Positions 19,622 through 28,351 of a DNA stretch of 28,351 nucleotides are shown one piece after another (the stretch's first letter is position 1; every line of letters begins with the position of its first letter). The notes under the pieces are model-generated. The model made no database searches. It was not told where the DNA came from and worked only from the letters and a program-made list of their open reading frames with translations. The DNA is taken from NCBI GenBank assembly GCA_000388065.2, contig KB932205.1, one strand, 5' to 3'. Source of the DNA: Fonticula alba ATCC 38817. Its lineage: Eukaryota > Protista > Nucleariida. The position numbers and the translations under genes were made by a program.

Positions 19622-22600
19622 ATGAGTGCCACCGGGGCGCCGCCTCCGATGGCCTACGGCTACCCGATGGCCCCGCCGCATATGGCATACCCGGCGCCAC
19701 CGGGCACTCCGGCTCCGGCCGGTGCGGCCACTCCGGCTGCCGGGCCCAGCACCCCGGCCCCGGCGCCGCACCCGGGTTACTATCACCCCCCACCGGGGTA
19801 CGGTCCGCCCCCGCCGGCCAGTCCTTCCGGTGCGCTCCTCTTTTTTCCTCGCCTCCCCCCCTCCCTCATCCACTTGTTTATATGACTTTTCTGACGCATC
19901 TGTGCCTTGATTCCCAGGTGTACCTGCTCCAGCTGGGGCTCATCCTCAGGCGCCGCACATGGCATATCCCGGCTACCCCGGTCACTACATGTACCCGATG
20001 ATGCCGCTGCCACCGGCCGCCCCGGCGCCTGTGGCTGCAGCGACTCCCGCTCCGGCTGCCCCCGCTGTCGCAGCGGCGGATGTCACACCGGCCGCCGCGC
20101 CGACTGCCACACCGGCCGCCGCACCGGCCGCCGCGCCGACTGCCACGCCGACCGCCACGCCGGCCGCCACGCCGGCCGCCGCACCGGCTGCCGCACCGGC
20201 TGCCACGCCGGCCGCCACCCCAGCTGCTGCTGATCCTGCAGCTGCCGTCGCTCATCCGCCCCACATGCCAGGCTACTATCCTGGCTACCATCCATACATG
20301 TCCTATCACCCGGGCTACCCGCCCCCAGGACCTCCGCCTCACGGCTATCCCGGCTATGGGGCAGCCCCCGCAGCAGCGCCGACCACCGTTCCTCCTGCTG
20401 CCTCTCCCTCTTCGCCTACTACCCCGGCTCCGGGTGTTGCCCCTGCGGCGGCGGCGGCGGCGGCGGCTGCTGCTGCTGCCTCGCCGGCTCCCGGATCGCC
20501 AGCTGTTACACCCATGTCGGCGCCCATGTCACCGGCACTTGCGGCCAGCGATGCTGCGGCGGCCTCTCCGGCGTCGCCGGCCCCGATGTCTGTTCTCACG
20601 TCTCCCGCGGCTGAGAGTGCCACCTCCACACCATCCCTCCCGGCTGTCAGCTCGCCAGCCGCGCCAGGCACGCCAACGGCCGCGCCTGCTACTCCGGCTG
20701 CGCCTGCTGCTCCGGCGGCTCCGACTGCCGCACCTGCCGGCCCTGCCGCCGTACCTCCCGGCTATCCTCCCTATGGCTATCCGGCTCCGTATGGCTATCC
20801 CCCGTATGGGCATCACCATCCTGGCGCCCCGATGCCTGGCTATGGATACCCGCCGCCGGGGGCTCCGCCTGGGCACATGCCCATGGCCGGGTATCCTGGG
20901 TATCCGCCGCCCCCCCCGGGCGCTGGTTACCATCCAGGCTACCCCCCGCCTGGGTATCCCGCACATCCCGGGGCTCCGTACATGCACGCGCCTGCGGCCA
21001 CTTCGGCCACGGGTGAAGCCGCCGCCGCGGCAGCGACACCCGCCACCAGCGGCACCCCGGGGACCCCGGCCTCGCCGGCCAGCACCCCCACCGCCGGGGC
21101 GGCTGCTGCTCCCGGAGCTGCTGCCGCCACGCCTCCCACTGCTGCCGCTGCTGCTACTGCGGCTTCCATGCCTCCAATGGGCTATCCCCCGATGGGGGGA
21201 TATATGCCGTATCCCGGTCCCTATGGCCATCCGGCGGTGTATGGTGACCCGGCAGCCGCTGGGATGATGCCCGGCATGCCGATGCATGCCTATCCCCCCG
21301 GCATGTACCCGGGCATGGTGCCACACCACCATCCAGGCATGGCCCAGGCCTCGGCCATCGGGGCAGCAACACCTGGGCCCCTGTCCACGGCCGCGGTCCC
21401 TGTCGGTGGCACCGGGGCCACTCCCTCGATCGCCAAGCCAGATGCGGCGGCCACCGGTGAGGAAAGCATTCCCCCCCTGGAGGCGGGATCGGCGGCGGCC
21501 GTGGCCGCGGCCACGGCCGCCACCGGAGATGCCGCCACCTCGACATCGACCGACATCGTCCTGGCAGCGGCCTCGGATGGGGCTCCTCAAAAGCGCCGGC
21601 GCGCCCGCCGGAGCAATGTCGATGGGAGCTCCGCCGGCGCGCCGGCCCCGCGCCGGCGTCGGACCGCCGCCGAGGCGGCCCTTTCCACGGCTCCTTCCTA
21701 CCTGACCGAGCGAGTAATCGATGCCGCGGCGTCGGCCCTGGAGCAGCCGGCCGCGCGTCGGCCCGAGCCCCGGCGCCGGGGGATTGGGCTGATTCAGCCC
21801 TCCAACTTCCGCATCTACTCCGGGCCGTTGGATGTGTGTGTGTTGGTCCTGCGGCATCAAGGGATGAGTGGGCGGCATCCCGTGCGCCCGGATCTCTTTT
21901 ATTATCAGGCTCGGGTGCGGAATTTCTACCCCCAGCGGCATCTGTGGGCCGGGTGGGAAACCAAGCAGGGCATCATCAATCGGGTTCACAGCGTGCGCGA
22001 TGAGTTCCTGCTGAAGCTGGCCGGGATGAATATCCCGGTGCCGGATTCCCTGGACTATGTCATGAAGACCATCCGTCGGACTGGGTCCTTCTCTGTGCCC
22101 CTGAGTGAGGAATATCCGCCGCGTATGGATGCGGCGGCGATGGCGGCGGCGGCCGCCGAAGCAGCGACAGCAGCAACAGCAGCAGTAGCATCGACGGACC
22201 CGACGGCCGTGGTCCCGGCAGCCCCGGGAACGCCCGTCCCCTTGGTGGCGCCGGCTCCCGGTCCCGAGGCGAGTGGTCCAGTGGCCGCCGGTGGTATCGT
22301 GCCGATCGAGGGCACTCCGGCAAATGTGGAGGATGACCTGCTGAAGCGGGCCGCGAGCAGCACCCCCCCCCTGAGCAGCAGCACGGCGACCACGCCGGTG
22401 GCGCTGGCGGCGACGGCGGCAGCCGCCACCCTGGCCCCGACACCTGGTATTTGTGCGCCAGGTGCGGCGCCCGGGGCCGGGGCGGATGGGACGTCCATCA
22501 GCCGGGCAGCCGTCTTCATGCCAGCGACCCATCCTTCTGATGGGTCGGAGGCCGTGGCCTTCGCCCAGGCCCCACATGCGATTCCCCCGTCGCCGCATTC

Positions 22601-23138
22601 GGCCATCATGCAGGCCACTCGCCGGCATACGGTGGCCAATGCCCTGGCGGCCATTCCCTCGTCATCGGTGAGCGCCTCGGCAGCGATCGCGGCGGCCGTT
22701 GACGCGGTCAAGGCGGCAAGTGTTCGTGTGTCTCATGACTCCTCAGCCGGGGATGCTTCTGTGGCTCCGGAACCATTGTCGGCCGGGCTTTTGGTTGCGC
22801 CATCGGCTTCCGCTTCGACTGCTCGGGCCCCGTCGACGGTGGTCTCTCCTGCCGCGGGGGACATGGCCGCCTCGGTCGCTTTGGTCGCGCCTGGGGCGGC
22901 TGCTTCCTCGGCGACGATCATGGTTGGTGCGACCGCGGGCCTGGGTGCGGCGTCGGCACTCCCGCCGGCGCCCTTGCCGCCTGATGCCTCCGCAGTGACG
23001 GCCATGTCGGCTGGCGGTGTGGAGACCGGCGAGGCGGCTGCCGCCGAGGCGGCTCCCTCGGCCGAAAAGGGTGGCGTAAGTGCTGTGCTTGTGGCGGCCG
23101 CCGCAGCCGCCGCGGCAGCCGCTACCTCCTCCCCCTGA
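19622..23138 (+). CDS. Low-complexity (Pro/Ala/Tyr/Gly) probable nuclear protein, candidate transcription factor, 1142 aa, 2 coding exons
   Basis: Exon 19622-19829, intron 19830-19917 (GTGCGC..CTGAC..CCCAG, phase 1), exon 19918-23138: 3429 nt in frame. Basic clusters KRRRARR (21591-21611) and RRRR precede one globular segment (about 21771-22127). The function is inferred. Confidence 0.88.
20085..20222 (+). repeat. Coding 12-bp minisatellite encoding (A/T)A(A/T)P tetrapeptides
   Basis: About 11 degenerate gccgccgcaccg/actgccacgccg units giving TPAAAPTATPAAAPAAAPTATP... Confidence 0.8.
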
Positions 23139-24833
23139 GTGGCGGAAATTGCTGTCCCCCCCCTCCCCCGGGACATCCTTCTATCCCCCCTTATTCCTCT
23201 TCTTCCCGCTCTGTCCTCTTGAACTTGGGCTGTGCCCCGAGCGTGTCGAGCATGTCCTTGTTTCGGCTATCCCCCGTCCCCTCCTCTTTCTCCCTCTCAC
23301 CATCCGCAGGGGTCCCGTGGTTTGCGCCTCATTTGCTGGGTGTGTTCCCGTTTCCCACAACCACCAGAGGCCCTCGCATGTGCCGTGTCATCTCGAGCAG
23401 GCGCCACAGGTGCTGCGCAACCACCTGCCTACCTCCCCTGTCGGGGGGCCTGCGTGTGTTTGCGTCGCCGGACGTTTGTGTGTACATCTTCTCATTGGTG
23501 AAAAATAATATCTTGTCTTTTGTCCTCTCTCTCTCTCTCTCCATCCCCATCTGCTTGTGCGTATACGGTGGGGCGGTCCCCGGAAGGGGAGATGGTTCAG
23601 ATAGGGACCCATGTGGACTGGATGGGGCACCTCCGCCTGAAAGGGCCGCGAGGGGATCCCTTTCGCATGGCAGTGATACTGCGCTTTGTCCGGGGCTCGC
23701 GGGCGGGTGGGGGGGACTCCTCGAGCTGACTGGAGTGTGGCTGCTTGGCTGGGAGTAGTGTACGTGCCTGGTCGGATGCGCGAGTCTGGACTGCGGTGGC
23801 TGGCGGGGGTAGAAGGGGGGGGGGGGGGGGGGGGCTTGATCGGTGAGTCAATGGTGATGCATGAAGAGCACCTCCGCAATGCGTGTGTCATCTGTCCTGA
23901 GCCCGAGGCCCCTGGGCCCTGTTGATATTCTGACATGCGTGAGCATTCTCTATTATCCTAGGGGTGTGTACAGGGTCTTAAGCAGGGGGGGGGGCAGGCG
24001 CGCAGGGATGTTTGTGGGGTCAAGGCACCCCCCCCCCCACCCGGGGATTTAGGGACTCCCTGGCACGGGGGGACATGTTACAGCTTGTCTTGGGGGTAGT
24101 TGTCAACGTGTTAGCCCGTACAGTGTCCTTGCTGAATGCCGGATGGTAGCACGAGGTAGGGTGGCGACACCTTCTCTCGGCCCAGGGTGTGGCGCTTTCT
24201 CGGCAAGGCTGGATGGAATGGATGCGGTGGACATGGTGCCGCCCCGAACGCCCCGTCGGCGTCGGGGCTCCGCTCGCCTCCTCCATCCTTGCTTCACCTC
24301 ACCGCACTCGGTTCATTAGCCTACACTTCGCCTCTTGTCCAAACTGGGACACGCCCTCGACGTGATCGAATGGCGAGGAGATCCTCTTTCCCCCCTCCCT
24401 TCCTCTGAGGGAGGGTCTGGGCACAGACTCTCGTCGATGCGAGCCAGTCCATCTCATTCCCGTCCCTTTCCCATGTATCTCCTGGCGACCGGGTGCTTCG
24501 CTTGAAGGGCCCCGACTCTCATCTTCCCGCCAATGTTTCGGCACCTTGAAGGATGGCCATTCTCTTCGCGGATGCTGTGACTTCCCGTTGTTCTGCCTCG
24601 GAACGTCGTTCCGCCCGGGGCGGCGTGGTTCGATTGCTGATGTTCCCCCGAAAAAGATGGAGATCCCCTACTCTCGTCTTTTCTTGTTGCTGTTTCTTTG
24701 TCCGATTGGTGTCCCTCTCTCAGGACGGAGCACTTCAGGTGGTTCGAAGGGAAGCCCACCGGTCCCCCTCGAGACTCATGTCTGGGCAGAGAGCCTACTT
24801 AAGCAAGATGTTGGCTTGAGTCGCCATGACTAG

Positions 24834-24905
24834 TCCCGATTAGTATAGTGGTGAGAATCCCCGCCTGTCACGCGGGAGGCCCGGGTTCAATTCCCGGATC
24901 GGGAG
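24834..24905 (+). tRNA. tRNA-Asp (GTC)
   Basis: Acceptor stem TCCCGAT/ATCGGGA plus G73, anticodon arm CCCGC-CT GTC AC-GCGGG, T arm CCGGG-TTCAATT-CCCGG. No intron and no encoded CCA. Confidence 0.97.
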
Positions 24906-24909
24906 TATC

Positions 24910-24915
24910 TTTTTT
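24910..24915 (+). terminator. Pol III oligo-T terminator (T6)
   Basis: TTTTTT starts 5 nt after the tRNA-Asp 3' end. Confidence 0.85.
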
Positions 24916-25796
24916 GAAATCGGACGCTCGTCCCCGCCGACGCCCATGCTTGAGTTCTCGACGAGAACGGGGGGGGGGGGGTAGATGTCTCCTTGCAAAG
25001 AAGATCAAGAAGCCTCGGGGGGTGGGTCCCTCCAGAAGGAGACCCCGCTCGGCGTTTGTCGGGGGTGTGCTGATGATAACGCCCTTCGCGGGAGCTGGGA
25101 TTGTTTTTCTTCTCGATTGCGGGGGATGTTGGTTATGTGGAGGTCACATCGACGTGCGCTTTCTTTTGCCGGATCACCCGGGGCAGGGCATGCGAAAGGC
25201 TGCGCGTTCATGGCAGGTGTAATCCCCGAGGGGGGCCGGTGGCCGATTCGAGGATCGCTCGGGGGCATTCCATTCCGAGGGGGCCGATGTGCAGGGGAGA
25301 CACACTAATGGGAGGGGGGCAGCGGGGAAGTTGCTAAGAGAGCCCCCTGGCACGGACAGTGTCGCTCGCGTGGGGAAGGATGGGCAGGGACTGGGCAAGG
25401 CATGGGCCGACAGGCTTGTCAGCGTGTGGCTAAAGCACTTACCCCACAGGAGAGGGGAGGAAGGAAGAAGGACTTCCCAATTGAGGGGGGATCCGGGAAA
25501 GAACGGAGCCGCAGGCTGGGAAGCAGGGGACGAGCACGGAAGGCCCCTCACGAGGCGTGTACGGGGGCAGGCCCCCTGTTCCTCCAAGGGACGGTGAGAT
25601 CAAGATCCCCTCGGGAGTCTTGGGGGCACGCGAGCAGGGACACTGACGAAAGAGGGCGATACGCTGGCTTTGGCTGGCGGGGCCGGGAGGGGTGTGGAGA
25701 CCTAGACCGGGGCGGGGGCGGCATGGCGGCTGGTGGCTGGGTTGCGTGAGAGAGTGGAGAAAATATATACCCACGACAGCGGTCCATCTCCAACAT

Positions 25797-25869
25797 GGGG
25801 GCGTAGCTCAAATGGTAGAGCGGCCGCTTAGCATGCGGCAGGCAGGGGGATCGATACCCTCCGCCTCCA
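25797..25869 (+). tRNA. tRNA-Ala (AGC)
   Basis: Acceptor stem GGGGGCG/CGCCTCC with the G3:U70 alanine identity pair and A73. D arm GCTC/GAGC, anticodon arm GCCGC-TT AGC AT-GCGGC, eukaryotic Ala-type T loop ATCGATA. Confidence 0.97.
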
Positions 25870-25876
25870 GATGACC

Positions 25877-25881
25877 TTTTT
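25877..25881 (+). terminator. Pol III oligo-T terminator (T5)
   Basis: TTTTT starts 8 nt after the tRNA-Ala 3' end. Confidence 0.8.
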
Positions 25882-26225
25882 CCCCCCGCCCGCCTGTTTG
25901 TTCTTGAGTCTTTTCCTTTTGCCCATTCGATCAGCCGGGGGGGACCCCTGCTCGGCGGTTTGCCGAGGGGCTTGCCGGTGCCAAGAGTCAGCGCCAGCGC
26001 GCGGGATTCTTCGCCAGGCATGCTTGCTCGAAGCGGCCCGTGGTCCAGCCCAATTCGGTAGGCCGGCGGGTCGGCGGTCTTGAGGGAGGCCGGTTGGGGG
26101 GTCTCTGTTGCGGGGGAGAGACTGCGACATACCCCGGGCAGGATGTGTTTCTTCGATGGGTAGCGAGTGTCTCATGCATGACCGGCTGAGGGAAGAAGAC
26201 GGCCTGGCGGGGATGGGGAAAGCGG

Positions 26226-28220
26226 ATGTTGGACATCCTCAGCGAGGGATGCTACCTTGAGTGGGGTGGCGTCTTCGCGGTGGCCCGTCGCTCGGGGTCC
26301 ATGCCTGCACCCGGAGAGTTGGCCCGTGGAACCCCCCCTGTGGCAGGGACCACCGGTCTTGAAGGGGGCAAAAGCCGGGCAAGAGGGGTGGGGAGGGAAG
26401 CGAGATGGGCTGCCGCTGCTGCATGCGAGCAAATGTTCCCTTCTAGTGGCGGTGCTTGCCGGGACGTCCAGGGGCCTGGTCCATGTCTGTCAGGAGGAGT
26501 GTCTTGTGGGGGTGGAGGATGGCCGACTCTGGGCAGTGATGTGCGCCGTTCACCGCGCAGACCTGGCCTTCGGCTCTCGGACACACAGGCACGGGACCGG
26601 GGGCTGATGTTGAGGGTGCCTGCCTGGTCGAGGGAGTCGGGCACTCTGGCCACGCGGAAACAAGGCCATTGCGCCGCGTGGGAATTCCAGCTGTCCCACT
26701 CGAGACGTGGCCGCTTCGACGGCGACCGGGGATCCGACTCCCAGTGCGACGACAGATACGAGTGCCTCTCGGAGGTATTCCATGGGTTAAGGTTATGGTG
26801 TTGGTGACGGCCCAGCAAAAGGAGACATCCACGAGGATTCTTGCCTGGAAGGAGGTCCGTGGGCGGCCTCTCACCGTGGGTCGGCCGATCTTCCAGAGCT
26901 GCCTCCCGGGCGGCGACTGTGAGAGGCATGAATGGGCCTGCGGATGGGCTCCCTCGCAAGGGCATCTATGGACTGACCGGCTCGAGTGGGGCCTCGATGC
27001 TCGAACTTGCAGGGCTCGGGGGGGACGCGGGAAGCCGTGCCAGCTTTGACGGCGTGCCAGACAATGGTTGGACTGGACACTGCCGATGGAATACGACGCG
27101 GCGGGGGCATCCGTGGACTCGATATCGAGCCCAACTTACGGAACGCAGCATTCCTCGAACGGATGGCGGTGGCTGTCGGCGGTGCGACTGACATGAGGAC
27201 CTGCCCCCATGTCGGTGATATATTGCATGCCGCCCGCCCAGGTGCCGGGCTGAAAGACCCGCCTTCACCGGGGACTGGGGTCTCGCATTCGGCTCCCGTG
27301 TCCAGGGGGGTTCGTCCGGGCGGAGGGGCCCTCCCCAGATAGGCTCAATAAGCCCGCGATGGATCAGAGCAAAGGAGCAGACATCAATGAGCCCCATGCG
27401 ACGTGAAACGAGGGCCTTTTAGCATCCTCCTGGCACGCTCGAGGCGGTGTATCGCCAGTGTTCCGAGGGGCAGCGCGCCGTCCTGGATTGCCGCTCACAT
27501 GGACCTTGGCACGAGAGTCGCTGGCCAGGGATGGGGCCGTGCTGCGGGGATAGACTGTCCCCGCTTTTCACGAGGCCCTCGCGGGCCTGAAAGTCCAACA
27601 AGACACCTGGACCTGGTTCGCCGGCTCGAGGTGGCACGAGGCGCCCAATGGGCCCGACTCTCTCCGGCTGGGACGCCAGGAGCTTGGAGTGCGATCCGCA
27701 TGCGACTGGTCTCCCTCCGTTGTGGCTGTCCCAGCACCCTGGGAATTGGTGGACATGTGGGGCGCGGTGGCCCCGGGGGTGAAGGACCCGCAAAATAGGT
27801 TGACTGGCCTCGTGGCTGGTGCGATGTGGACCAGACGCCGGAGTTCGGGCGGGGCAACGAACAGTGAGCAGGTCCCGCGAGGGGATGGCCGACTGGGGGG
27901 CTTGATCTGGCTCATGTCGGTGACACGTCCATGCGCATCTGTACATGGACCTGGGTGCCGAACAACTCCGAGGAAATGGGGGCGAGGTAGCACATCACGC
28001 TGGTAATAGAAAAGGGCCCTCCTGGTCCACGATATCCCCCAGGCATTCGGTGGTGGACCGGGGCATCCAGCCAGCAGGCCGGGGCCGGGGTTGCCGAGCG
28101 TTTGTGCTCGGGGTCGTGCCCGCCAGAGGAAGGTGGAGAAGGGCACTTCGTCAATATGCTTATCTTCAAGACGAGGGCCGGGCTCGGAGCACCCCCAGTC
28201 GACATCTGGGCAAAGGATGA
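26226..28220 (+). pseudogene. Possible heavily frameshifted coding remnant
   Basis: A succession of protein-like plus-strand fragments switches frame repeatedly. No long G/C homopolymer or dinucleotide tracts over about 2 kb. No family recognised. Confidence 0.25.
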
Positions 28221-28351
28221 TCCTCCTCCCGGCAAGTGGGCGTGGAGGATCAAATGAATGCGATGCCGAGGACCATGCACGCGGCGGAAGCTGGGGGGGC
28301 TCCATCTTATGACATCTGGCCTTTCCTGTCAGGCAAGTAATCCCCCCCCCC

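Noticed and set aside
20080-22628. 395-aa plus and 699-aa minus ORFs overlapping the 1142-aa gene
   Set aside because: Arg/Gly/Pro-rich off-frame and antisense readings of GC-rich low-complexity CDS.
1-28351. CRISPR array, rRNA, telomeric array, intact transposon
   Set aside because: No repeat-spacer periodicity, rRNA-conserved blocks, (TTAGGG)n, RT YxDD, DDE or LTR/TIR pairs were recognised by eye.

Overview
GC-rich eukaryotic genomic DNA. It has short spliceosomal introns, TATA-type promoters, eukaryote-type tRNAs, dense poly-G/C and microsatellite tracts, and one assembly gap. The composition and the GT(G/A)C(G/A)Y donors suggest a protist or early-branching holomycotan such as a Fonticula-like amoeba; this is an impression, not an identification. 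Four protein genes are supported: (1) an intronless, codon-biased, secreted 14-Cys protein of 259 aa (minus, 5037-5816); (2) a 6-exon, 605-aa gene I spliced by hand, encoding an ASH/Ig-like domain joined to a RhoGAP with an intact arginine finger (minus, 9359-11762); (3) a 165-aa orphan (minus, 14595-15092); (4) a 2-exon, 1142-aa low-complexity protein with basic NLS-like clusters and one globular island that aligns by eye to AP2/ERF DNA-binding domains (plus, 19622-23138). Two tRNA genes (Asp-GTC, Ala-AGC) follow. Several intergenic stretches look like frameshifted coding remnants, and one carries a well-formed intron without an intact ORF. Most other listed ORFs are GC-rich or antisense shadows. 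No CRISPR array, rRNA or recognisable transposase/RT was found. All family comparisons are from memory and were not searched. The best leads are the AP2-like factor and the stand-alone ASH-RhoGAP.
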